From: Bugula neritina | Lineage: Eukaryota; Animalia; Bryozoa | Direction of reading: 5' to 3' | Assembly: GCA_964035545.1 (NCBI GenBank) | Contig: OZ037770.1 | Location: 2,636,662 to 2,700,661, forward strand | Length of the DNA stretch: 64,000 nucleotides | In this document: positions 23,501 to 34,700 of the stretch, in pieces | Numbering within the stretch: position 1 is the first letter of the stretch | Layout of the letters: every line of letters starts with the position of its first letter | The notes under the pieces: generated by a model | Databases searched by the model: none | Told to the model about the DNA's origin: nothing | What the model saw: only the letters and a program-made list of their open reading frames with translations | Translations under genes and position numbers: made by a program

Positions 23501-26328
23501 ATAAACGTCTCTTGGATCGTTTGATCACGGACGCGTCATGTCAGCTCAATTATACCGTAGAAGGGAAGGCACGACCCGTCAGTCAGGGTGCCATACTCCC
23601 CCTCGTACGGTTCCATCTTGCCCCTGACCCTAGCGCTGAGGGTGTCAAAGAGTTGGCGACTTATGAGGTTCGTGGTACAGCTCGAATCAATTAGGAAAGT
23701 GACAGCTTTGCCTTCTAATTTGCCGGGCAAGAAATAGCTGTTTCCATGGGGCTGCACCTGAACTGTCTCTTCGTGCCTTGCTCTCGCAGGGAGTACCTCC
23801 CTCGCTCTAGGTCGCGAAGGAGGTCGCTTGGGATGGTGGTAGATTGGCCTTGGAGGTGAGCAGGCTAAGTTTTCAGCTACCTTTGCTGGCTCCCATCCAG
23901 ATTCTTGTGGAGGGGCATAGAGAAGTCAGCGGCGTGGTCGGAGCCTCTTGCTGGTCCGTCGTGGCTGTCGCCACTCTCGGTTGTCAGCACGTGGTACCCG
24001 TCTGGGTGACCTACGTTTCTTCTTCCCTGAGGGGTTCATCGCCGGCCCGCAGGAGGTGGGAACATCTGCGGGCCGCGGTAGTTTAACCCCGAAGTTAGGA
24101 AGGGACAGCACCTGCGGAAATGTCTTTGGTTTCCGCATTCCCAGCAAAAACTGACCGTTTCCCCCGGTGGCGGCGCCGGTGGTCGTACTGGCTCAGAGTC
24201 GGTACCTACTGGGGTTTGGGGTGTCAGTGTTGCTATCAGTTTGGCCAGCATGTCGGTCAGTTGAGTGACCTTCGATGCGGCCGTTAACTGAGCCACGGCA
24301 GCCGTCGTGGAGGGCTCCGCCTCTCGCTCCGCTGCCGTGTTCGCGCGGAGTACCTCCACCTGACGGGAGTTCCTGCAACTTTTATGCATCTGGTTTGCCA
24401 GGAGATAAGCTTCTCCCTCCGCCAGAGCATCTTCAACGGTGGTGACTCCCCTACCTAGAAACTGGTGGTGGAGACCCAAGTCGTTGACAGATTGTATAAA
24501 GGCGTCAAGAGTATACCTCTCAGGGTTAGCTTGGAGCAGATCGCTATACGCAATCTGTGCCAGTTTCATGACCGTGGCGGCATGTTCTTGCAGCGGGGTG
24601 TGAGGATCACGCCGCAGCCTTTGTAGTCGGGCCCTGGCATCTGTAGCAGAGATGCCGAAGCGGGCCCGCAGAAAAGCAAAGATACTATCGATGTCTGCAC
24701 CTAGCCCATAGGGCTTAGCCTTGTCTATCAATGACATTCTGAGCTTCAGCAGGGCCACCCGAGGGGGCCACTGGGCGACGTCCATTACGTCACTAAACTC
24801 TTAGATGAATTGCTCCACCTCTTCTTCGCCCGTGAAGGTGGGCGCTTTTAACCGGTAGCGATCCTTGTTCAGCTCTCGAGGAACCCTTCGCTCTTCTACC
24901 ACATGATTCACAGGCATAGCATCGTTTTTACGCTCACCTTCTGCTGCCGGTGATGCATTCCAGCGTTTACAGTCTCCATCGTGGATGTACACTATCCCAC
25001 TGCTGCCACCACTGTTATGATTTTCAGAATTTGGGTTGATATGCAATCCAGAGGGTCTATTTATTTGCTACAGAACTTCACCAGGATAAGTCGAGTGAAT
25101 ACGAGTATATTTTACACACAAGAATACATCACAAAAACTATACAAATACATTCAGCAATTTTACACATTTATATCATTCAGCACTCTATCTTCGACTAAC
25201 TAACAGCGGGAAGACTAACTACTGCTACTAACTATCAGTGTCGCTAATTGGCTGTCCATTGTTCCGGGTCAATTACGTGACCCTATGCTATAGTAGTGGG
25301 GAAAATAACATTTCCCTGTATTACGCTGCTGGTAGCTCCACGAGCCACCACAATATTGCTATGTAGGTTGATGTCATAATTTTGTAATTAGGTGCATTTA
25401 AACATATGAAATATAATAGCGTTCTGTAAAATTTTGAAGACTTTATGGTACTTTTGTATTCAGCTACATAAAACATGCTTTAAGTGATGATATCAAGTAA
25501 CAGCATACACATTGTGACACTGTTTTCAATTCCTACATCTGATTCAGCTGGTATATAGATACAATGCTTTACGTATTATACTATTAGTTATACACTGTAT
25601 GATTATATTATGTGTAAAAATATGTTTTCGCATTCAATTAGTCAAATATTTTGTAAACAAGAAATAATGTCATCTACCCTCTATACAGTTGCTGTATTAT
25701 AAACACTCACTTGTTCAGACTTGCTCTGTCAGTCAGGCTAGAAACATGTAGATACAGGGCTTTACCGGCAATCTCTCCAATGTTGTCGGGAATTTCCCCT
25801 TCCAGTTTGAGATGTGTAATGTCATAACTCCCAACTTCACGTTTCACCTCAGCAGTAGTATATGACTTGGTACCAGCAAAAATTGTATCTAACCAGCCTA
25901 CAGCAGGCTGTCCAGAATGTCTAAACCAAACACTCATATTCTCTGTAACATTATACAGTGTGATTATTACACAGTGCTAGCAGGTGATGTCTCTCATTCT
26001 GATCTACTGATTGAATATATTTATTATCTGCATGCTGTGTATCAGTCAGTCAACTATCACAGCAATAAAGAACTGAATTACACATTTTATTATAGCAGCT
26101 GTAGGTTTAACAAAGTAAAAACTTCGAGTTATAAAATAAAATGAATAAAATCAGCAATTTCCTAAAGTCATATATACCTGATTTAATATCTCTAGAATTA
26201 TGCTGATTGTGTTTCAGTATAAAAACATCTCAAATCTCCTTTTTATGTATTACATACAATGATGTTAAAATAATGTAATATATTTTGAGCGTTTGCAATA
26301 TTTCAAAACACTCACCACCAGTTGCCAT
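322..26328 (-). CDS. LRR-Roc-COR (ROCO, MFHAS1/MASL1-like) protein fused to a C-terminal caspase-family (C14) domain, ~1260 aa, 13 exons
   Basis: Exons 5'->3': 26316-26328 (MATG), 25711-25942, 17323-17460, 16401-16538, 15353-15490, 3484-5489, 3134-3220, 2773-2924 (alternative in-phase acceptor near 2981), 2355-2525, 1661-1883, 1281-1511, 917-1020, 322-471 (TAA). All introns are GT-AG with compatible phases (1,2,2,2,2,1,1,0,0,1,1,0); total 3783 nt with no internal stop. Confidence 0.8.
2564..2634. repeat. (CA)/(CG) alternating purine-pyrimidine microsatellite in a caspase-region intron
   Basis: acacac...gcgcgcgcac...acacac. Confidence 0.9.
3484..5489 (-). CDS. Large exon: last LRRs + LRR C-cap + Roc GTPase + COR + Cys-rich tail
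   Basis: [16 protein letters not shown]-type LRRs; [12 protein letters not shown] cap; P-loop GNTMAGKTS; G3 DMGGQEVY; G4 THKD; COR PLPLIW...[13 protein letters not shown]; YFIIPQF; CICAHC. Acceptor ttattag at 5490, donor gtatgt at 3483. Confidence 0.92.
6073..6154. repeat. Perfect inverted repeat, 39-bp arms with 4-nt loop
   Basis: atatttattaaaacgattttatagtgatatgagagtata-ttat-tatactctcatatcactataaaatcgttttaataaatat. Confidence 0.95.
6700..7233 (+). mobile_element. 5'-truncated, decayed non-LTR retrotransposon 3' end (restriction-like endonuclease, R4/Dong-like) ending near a (TAA)n tract
   Basis: Frameshifted remnants [49 protein letters not shown] match the RLE consensus WDFxIQTD..RPDIV..IGALG..GTAxILRK; taataataataat at ~7218-7233. 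Confidence 0.65.
7570..8046 (+). repeat. 5' LTR of Gypsy-1
   Basis: Direct repeat of 14109-14574; followed by the PBS. Confidence 0.95.
8975..9018 (+). other. -1 programmed ribosomal frameshift signal (gag-pol) of Gypsy-1
   Basis: T TTA AAC slippery heptamer, 6-nt spacer, stem GGCTCACG/CGTGGGCC; the pol ORF is in the -1 frame relative to gag. Confidence 0.8.
14109..14574 (+). repeat. 3' LTR of Gypsy-1
   Basis: Direct repeat of 7570-8046. Confidence 0.95.
15353..15490 (-). CDS. LRR cassette exon C (138 nt, two 23-aa LRRs, phase 2-2)
   Basis: [45 protein letters not shown]; acceptor ttacag, donor gtttgt. Confidence 0.88.
16401..16538 (-). CDS. LRR cassette exon B (138 nt, phase 2-2)
   Basis: [45 protein letters not shown]; acceptor ttacag, donor gtttgt. 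Confidence 0.88.
16655..17087. mobile_element. MITE copy 2 between LRR exons A and B, inverted relative to copy 1
   Basis: Ends tcccagatagatgc / gcgtctaagtgggatgacaccc; flanked by tacaaac(ag/tg) direct repeats. Confidence 0.7.
17323..17460 (-). CDS. LRR cassette exon A (138 nt, phase 2-2)
   Basis: [45 protein letters not shown]; acceptor atacag, donor gtttgt. Confidence 0.88.
17806..18145 (-). repeat. 3' LTR of Gypsy-2
   Basis: Direct repeat of 25013-25352. Confidence 0.95.
18442..19519 (-). pseudogene. Candidate accessory gene of Gypsy-2: C2H2 zinc finger + SP/R-rich segment + coiled coil, possibly spliced
   Basis: [21 protein letters not shown] and VCPCG..TRH in ORF 18698-19114; frameshifted continuation 18442-18744; ATG exon 19495-19519 with GTGAGT donor and ctttcag acceptor at 19227. 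Confidence 0.55.
25013..25352 (-). repeat. 5' LTR of Gypsy-2
   Basis: Adjacent to the PBS; followed by ATAT. Confidence 0.95.
25711..25942 (-). CDS. N-terminal exon of the ROCO-caspase gene (divergent LRR N-cap)
   Basis: Open frame ..[36 protein letters not shown]; acceptor gttacag in phase 1 matches the MATG micro-exon, and donor gtgag in phase 2 matches the LRR exons. Confidence 0.65.
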
Positions 26329-29300
26329 GGTTACCAAATATCTTTATATCTGATTCATTCTAATGTGTATCAGTTAACTCTAGCTACAACAGATATATAA
26401 TATAGAAGTGATATTAGATGTTTTATTTTTGTCGGTTATGCCAAAACTTACAATTTTTTTCTGGAAATATTATATTTTTGCACCAGATTAAGAAAAATAA
26501 ACTTAAACCTTAGAGATTTGGACAAAACTCAACATTTAGCCAATACATGTGATTTAAAAATTTTAAAATCATTACCAAATATTTATACAATATATTATAG
26601 TATCAATCTGATAGATTTGCCCTTGTCTTACAACCAGCTATTTATAAGTGAGCAGCGTTCCTATTTTTATTGCCCATATAAAACTGGAATAGAAACTATA
26701 ATATACTTCAAAGCCACCTTGCTTGCAGATGAACCAAGCTTGTTGCTTTAAACTGACAAATTAATTTCAGGTGTTCAATTGAATAAAAAACCTTTAATTC
26801 ACAAATAGCAGTGCTCACCAAATAAACTTACATGAAAACTTCAAATAAATATGTTGAAATCACATTAGGAATACCAAAATAAAATGTTACTACACAGAGG
26901 TCATTTAATTTACCAAAACAAAGCAAAAACAACGCCATTAGTTAAACATCTACTTAGGGCAGCCAGCTCTCACTCACAACTGAGGCTGAGAACAAACTTA
27001 AGACTCATACACTTTCATACATTGTTCATAATATATGTCTTAAATTAAAATAATTTCACTCAACGATACTATAATAGACAATACATTTCTTTATTTCTGC
27101 ATGATGATATTATAGTGAGAAAAATGACCAAAATGCAGAAACCCTGTTTGTTATAGCTCAACAATGGGCTGTTTTCATGTGAGTAACATGCTGAGCAGGA
27201 AGTGCAGCAAGCTTGTGCGGGTTTGATTTAATTGACCAATTACCGTTAGCAAACACATTTCTTGAAATTAAATTTTAAATATCAAATAATTTTTAGCTAA
27301 CTGAAATAAAACATTTTCATATTTGAATTCCAAGATGATTAGCTAATAAATTTCCTCACCTACAACCCACACATTTTGTATGGCGGGAAACTCGCATCAT
27401 ATGGCCCTACGCTAACATACTTTGAAATATGCTTTATTGACGTGTATTCATCATAATGTATTCATAAACTTTGTTAACAGATGTATTTTCAAACTATAGT
27501 TTATGTACATGTGTTGCAATTTGCGCTTCACTGTTTATTAATGGGTCTATTGTTGTGAATTTATGCTTCACTTGTAATTATTGGGTCTACTTAAGCAAAG
27601 CAGATACTAATAAAAGGTACAACTATTCAAAACCGTTACATAATAAAGAGATAAAATATACAATTAGACTTTACAGTGCTTCGTTCTGGACCAACACTTG
27701 GCCAGAACGTTCCACTCTGTACGTGTGATTTGGCATCATCATTGCTGCTCACCCAACACCTCGTGAGCCGTCCTCATGCATTTTATGACCTCATCCACGT
27801 AATCATGAATGTTGCTCTCTGGAACTGGAACATGGTAAGTTACGTGTTCAGGAACCTTTGTTTTCCTCCCCAGTATGAGAAAGTTAGGAGTCTCCAGTGT
27901 GCTGGAGTGAGGGGTACTAAGGTAAGCTCGCATGATTTGCGGCAGCACCAAGTCCCACTCTTTCTGACTCTTACAAATAAGCAGGCTTCTCAGTGAGTCA
28001 CCTAGCATTCGGTTGTTCCGCTCTACAACCCCATTCCCTTGCCGGTGTTACGGGGTCATCCGACTTTGGTTAACCCCCACCGTCTTACAGAGATCGCTCA
28101 TAAGTTGCGACTAAAACTGGGCGTCTTGATCAGAGTGTAGTTGTTCCAGCAGGCCGAAACAACAGAACACCTGCTGATTCAAGGCCCTGGCCACCGAGGG
28201 GGCCGACGCATCTGGAATAGCCAGCACATCAGCCCACCATGTAAAATGGTCAGTTAACACCAGTATCCAGTTACTACTTCTCACAAACGTGGGCATGGGG
28301 CCCACCAGATCTACAGCCACGATCTGCCACAAATGACCGGCATGTAGTTGACGCCTCCCTGCGGCCATGCTTGCTAGCTTGACCGATCTCACACTTCCGC
28401 ACCCGGAGTTAGACATCCCGGGTCATACCGGCCAATACCACTGGAGTTGAAGGCATCTAGTCACCCGCCCAGTTCCTGCATGACCTCGCTTATGGGTGTC
28501 CAAGATCAACTCCCGTCGCAGAGCAAACAGGCAGACTACCCTCTCTCGTTCCCGGTAATTTGCATCGGTTAACAACGTTATCGTTAACAACCCATCACCA
28601 TTAAACTGGAGGGAATCCTAGTGGTTACAGAAGTACTTAAACTCTGCGCACTTGACTCGCTGTTTGGCCTCACCAGGCCGCCGTTTTTCCTTCTTGGCCC
28701 ATACTAGGTCAGCTACTACCCCAGGTAGTGTAGCTTGCAGCCGACACAGCTCCTTGAAGTTCCTGACCAGCGTAGGGTTTGCATGAAGGTTGTTAACAGC
28801 TTTAGTAGGGGATTCGGACTAGAGTTGTCCTTCATCCCAGCTGTATGTATCAGCTTTCCCCGTCTGCTCCTCCACATCGAAGCGAGGGGGTCTACTATCC
28901 CTGCGCTCGATGTTTAGGCATTGCTTACACCCATATACTTGGCGGCGGCTTAATCTGTCGGCATTACCGTGTTTCTTACCGGGTTGGTGTTCGATCCGGT
29001 ACGAAAACTCAGCCAGGATTTCAAGCCAGCACGCTACTTAGCTAAAAGGTTCAGTCCGTCAACACAGCCATATCAAGGACGCATGGTCCATTTGTAACCT
29101 GAACGTACGCCCATACAGATACGGTATAAAGTGTTTTACCGCCTTGACTACTGCCAGGAGCTTTCTCCTGGTTGTACAGTAGTTCTTCTCAGAGGCCGAC
29201 AGAGCCTTACTAGAGTAAGCTACCTCTACCTCACGACCATCTTGGACCTGAGACAGCACAGCCCCCACATTGTGGTTACTGGCATCAGTATCCAAAATGT

Positions 29301-31718
29301 ACTCACTTGCCAGATCAGGGTACGCTAAGATGGGCATCTCCACTAACCAATCCTTGAGGTGATCGAATACCTGCTGTTCTGCATACGTTCACTGCCAACA
29401 TACTGCCTTTGCTGTCAGCCGGTTTAGCGGCTGAGCAATTACTGCAAAGTCAGGTATGTGCTGCCAATAGTACCCTACCAACCTCAGGAACGCCTGCAAT
29501 TCAGGAAAGTCGACAGGGACGGCCCAGTCCCTCACAGCCCGTACCTTCTTTGGGTCGGTGGCGTCCCTATCTCGGGCAATTAAATGGCCCAGGTACTTAA
29601 GCTCCTGTTGTAGCAATGTACACTTTGAGGGCTTGAGCTTTAGACCAGCAGCTCGAAGTTTGTCAAACACTTCTCTGAGTTGACTGACACAAGTGTTGAA
29701 GTCGGGGGAGAAAACGATGACATCATCGAGATATATGAGCAAGGTCTTTTAGTGTAGCCCACTCAGGACCTGCTCCATAAGTCGCTGGAAGGTGGCCAGT
29801 GCAGACGTCAGTCTGAATGACAACACTTTCCACTTTCAGAGGCCGTTTCACGGTTTTTGAGTGTCCAAGCTGAAGGTTTCGGCAGGCCTTGCGACCGGCT
29901 AACTCTCCATGGGGCTTGCCACCTTGGCGAAGGCTCATCCTATTGGGTTTGGGCTTTGGCCTCGGCCTCAGACGGTTAAACCGAGGTCCACGGTCGGCAG
30001 AATCTACCGTGGGCCGTTGTTGTTTAACTGTCTCCCTCTACCATTAGGGCAGCATTGTACGAAGTGCCCATCACTACCACAGTCCTAACAAATGGGGGGC
30101 TCACTTGCCGATGACAGCTGTCGGCGACCTTTTGGGTCGGTTAGCCGTCGACTATTAGTGCAGATGCTTGATCTCAGCTAGCAGCTCTCGAATAAAGCTC
30201 ACAGTTGGTTTAAGGTCATGCTTTTCAGTTTCTGGCTCTTTGCCAGGTGTTTTATGTTCTATATGAACAATGTTCCACTGATAGCTCGAACAGGTTGAAT
30301 GTCACAAGAACAAAAAAAATATGAAAAGATAAAGAAACTTATGTTCTCCAATATACTTTTTTATTTTTTTCAAAAGCCAATTCATGTTTAAGTTATAGCT
30401 TGTTGAAAAACATAGTCCCCCTTCCACATTCTTTTTAATTTATACGCTCCTGACTTGTTATTGTGTCTCAATATGCCTTGTTTTTGAGTGCTCGTTAGTC
30501 TCGCTTCACTAACTTTGCCTATACTTCACAAGTGCCAGTGCTGCTGGCTCAAAAGCTAAATGTTATAAAATATAAACTGTCAGCTAAAACCCAATCTTGT
30601 ATTCCTAGGTTGGTTGGCCTAAATAAAACAATAGTCAAATCATGATTTCATGTTTTAAAAATTTACTCTATTCTAACCTGCTGCCTAGCTAGTTCTATTT
30701 TTGATGTATAATTACAGAATTTGTGAACCCTTTTTTTGGCAACCATCCTAGTTATAAAATGCAGTAATGGTACTTATAATATTATATTATTATCATTATA
30801 ATATATTATATAGTATTATGTGTGTTTTTATTATACTGCATAATATATATTTTATTATTGTTGTTGTGCAAACAAGTGCAATTAACCTAGTTTTCAAAAT
30901 TTACCTCTAAATTATCAGAATATCAGTTTAGATATTTTCATGCTTTGTTAGGTAAACCTAAAAAAGAGGCTGTATTCCCAAAGTAAAGGGTGTTGAATTA
31001 TGAACTATATTAGATTAGCCACTCTGCTACCAAGTGCTTCAGTATAATATTATATGAATAGCTCTAATGCTTTGTCTCCGGTGGCTGGCTGCGATATGAT
31101 AACTCGGCCAACTTCAAAGAGTTTAAAATTGGCGCAATCATTCAAGAGGTTACATACTGCACAGAGCTAGCAGTGATAGTAACCTTGCTATTGACAGTAC
31201 TTATTACAACTGCCAGCATATAAGCTGCATTGTAGAATGCCGTTGGGGTAGGCTAGTAAAATTAAATTCTGCTCTCTAATATACCTTAGACACAATGCAG
31301 CAACATAATTTTTAGTTACAAATTACATTTGCCACCCTTACATGAGCTGTGATCTTCATAAAGATTCATATGATTAGAGATTTATGCTATAGGCCCTACC
31401 TGTGCTAGTGTATGATGAAAATAACACACCATCGTCAAAGTTAACTTCAAGTATGTTGTTTTCCAGAAACTCAGTATTGTCGATTTATTTCTCGCATACA
31501 AATACTTATGTAATAGCATACAGTTTAAGTTTTATTTTAGAGCACATCTGCAAACTCTACAATAAGAACTTGTTTTACCAGTCTATTTCAGACCTGTTTT
31601 TGTAGCTAGTAATACGCAAGCTACTTATTTTTAAACTTTTGGGTTATTTGTTCAAAACCATTAGCTTTGCTAGTAACCAGGGGCTATTGCAACAGTTCAC
31701 TGCTAATCAACATGAATA

Positions 31719-34700
31719 GACGATGTAAATTTGGTACATTTAGTACCTTGTACCAACTCTAGAATACTCACCACTATAACTTATAAAAACTTCTGCAAGT
31801 TCAAATGCAAAATGCGTACTTTTAGAAAATAGCTGTGCAACTTTTATTACATGCATTGTTTTATTTCATATCTTAAATTTATGAACAATGAGTTCATTTT
31901 TCAAAATGTTTAAATTAAGTGCTCAAAAAATGCAATGAAAAATTTTTATTCTTGCACAAATACCCTGGTGCAGTTTGACCACAACCCCAGCTGTTTTGGC
32001 AAACACATTTAATGGTTTTTTTTTATTGACATAGTGGTGAATGAGCTGGTTGTTTTTGGCAGTTGGGTAGACTTGAAGCTTGGCAGCTTTTAAACAATTC
32101 TGATTGGCAGGATTTTACACGATAAGTTGATGTTTGTATCTGATTGGCCTAATAATACATATGCATTTGAAAATGTAGAGTTCTATATAAGCCATAATGG
32201 TGATATTTTAGAGTTGGTACCACACCCCTTTTGGGTTGAGTTTTATAGTCTGTTCCTGCTGTAGTCATCTACAACAACAGTGTATAGGGAAATTATTAGT
32301 ATTACGAAATCTGTTTTGGCTTACTTTGCTATGCCAGTTTTCTGACTTAGTTTGTAATCAACTGTGTTGGCAGTTAAAACTGAGGGTGATTTCATCAAAG
32401 GTGGACATTGCTGAGGCCTTAGAACATCAAATCAACCAGTGCTGTTACTTGGTTTTATTGTAAAGCAGTAGTGAGAGCAGGGATGTAGTGGTACCCATAC
32501 GGTCCCATACGCCGTATGGCCTAGAAGAAAATAGACTGTTCTAGGCCATACGCCCGTATGGGCATATTTTTGAAAGATGATTAGTGCACAGGATAGTTTG
32601 GGCATCCTCACTGAGAATATCATAAATTTCGCTAACAATCTAATTTAAGTTCTTGTTATGTTAATGCTATGTGGGTGGCATGCGTGTTGCCTACTTGTGA
32701 TTGTTTAGCCTGAGATTACACTATGAATACTATGCAGCTATCAACATTGCATCTTCTTATCTCTACGTGTTCACTGAAGCGCGAAGTGCTGTGCATTGGT
32801 GATTACTAAGGAAAAAATCTTTCATTTTCAGTGTATAAATCACTAACTTGTAGAAAATCTATGAAGGCTATTGACAAGATTGAACAAAAAATTTACCATT
32901 CATAAATTTCTCAGGTTTCCGACAGTGTTTGTTCTATTCAAATACCATGCTTTCCTGCTGAGATATTTGGCAGGGATTGAAAAATAAATTTTTCAGGTAA
33001 AATTGGCCAAAAATGGGTAGATTTTTGTCGATAACTTTGCAAAAAAATATTGAAAACTCAAAAAACAGGTGCTCTGAGGAACAGGAAGATCTAAAACATG
33101 GTTTTTAAATTTTAATTCTAGCACAATTAAGTGAGGTTTTATTTGGCAGGACTGAATTCTTATAATATACTAATAATGTGGCCTCAGCAAGGCAGTGACA
33201 GCTAGAAGTTGGCCCTTATCTATCATGTGTGAACTTGCATTTTGTCAATAAGCAATGGAATTTGGAAAAAACCAACATGAAATCAAGAAATAAAATCAAA
33301 ATGTCTTCAAGAAACAGTACCAGGTGTGTAGGAGAGGCTAATGAAAATTTATCACTGAGGTCTACAGGTACTATATCCACATTTTGGTCAAAAACCTAGC
33401 ATTATTGCATGTTAATTATCAATGCAATAAGGTTTTGCAAACTGTACACCACCATAAGTAACCTTTTATGTTTGATTGTACTAACGCCTGGCTTTACATT
33501 TAATCCTCTTCTAGGTTAACACATATTAAACCTGTCAAATTTGTTCTTTTGGGGTATATTTCCTTCATGTATCTAGTGGAAGCTCAGGGGTTTTATTTTA
33601 AAACCAAGTCAACATACTTTTCTTGGGTGTGCTTTATATTGTGTGTAAGGAGGTGTGGCGGTATCACCTTATGGATTAGACTAGTACTCTAATAAACTCC
33701 AAATAGGTTTTCAACCAATTTCTGCTTGCCAATGAGTTATCAACTCAAATTGCTCTTTATAATTAACCAACACACATTTTCTGATTAGCAATCTTCCTCT
33801 GTTCTGATCTATTATTCTTTTTCTGTGCACAGCACTGTATTAGTTATTTAAAGTAATCAGGTTGCATTTGGAGAGCACTTGTTACCTGCCTCTATCCTTC
33901 CATCTTTTTGAGATATTCAGCAATTTTTCTGTACAGGTTGGACTTAGTGTCAGAATAAACCTAACTGCAGTTGAGTAAGACTACATTACATTACATTACA
34001 GTCAACAGGTATGGGACAAGACTGAATATTTATATAGTTTGCAGCAATGCCCAGTCGTCATGTAGCTGGTATGGTATGAAAATAATAGCGAGGTGCACAT
34101 TTCAACACAGATTTTTTTCAGAAGAATTATAATTCACAATGGCTTTAAATTGCATAAATTTGCATCAGAAGTGCTCTGAGGGCTTCGGTGGCTGGGGCGC
34201 TGCCCCGGGCCCCGCTGGGGGCCTGGGCGGCCCCCTGGACCCCCGGCCTGAGAGTATGGCCAAGAATATTTTTACCACTACAACCCTGAGTGAGAGCATA
34301 GCACACTATCACAGTCACTGAGCTGCAATGACAGTGGCTACACCAAACTCGTCAGTTCTATTATATTATCTTATGTAAGGCACGGCAAAACAATATGGAC
34401 TCACATGCAAGGCACTACATGCTAATACTCATCTTTATACAAAATGTCTAAATTATCTATTGCTAATAGCTGTGCATTTAAATCCAATGCAGATGAATAT
34501 GCGACAGAGTAGAAAGCTACTGTTTTACAAACCTAAAATAAAATAATAATGCGGGTACACAAGCAAATAATTTATAGTTAGCGTAGGCTAATGCATTTGT
34601 AATGTGCATGTTAAACAACTTTTTTATAATTTATTACATTAGACTATGAGAATGTATTTAGTAGTATGCATTGATTTAAAACTAAATAATGAAATGATTA

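Larger units (their letters stand above)
17806..25352 (-). mobile_element. Gypsy-2: full-length, decayed Ty3/Gypsy element, sense to the host gene, with an extra 3' ORF region
   Basis: 340-bp LTRs 17806-18145 and 25013-25352 (11 mismatches by eye); perfect ATAT TSD; PBS TGGTGGCAGCAGTGGGAT at 24994-25011; PPT from 18146. Gag knuckle [14 protein letters not shown], protease LIDSS, RT, RNase H, integrase with GPY motif. Confidence 0.96.

Noticed and set aside
8042-24154. Antisense and alternative-frame ORFs inside the Gypsy elements
   Set aside because: Shadow ORFs of GC-rich gag-pol with no recognisable motifs.
7570-25352. Autonomous, active retrotransposons
   Set aside because: Both elements have multiple in-frame stops and frameshifts, and their LTR pairs have diverged by roughly 3-5%.
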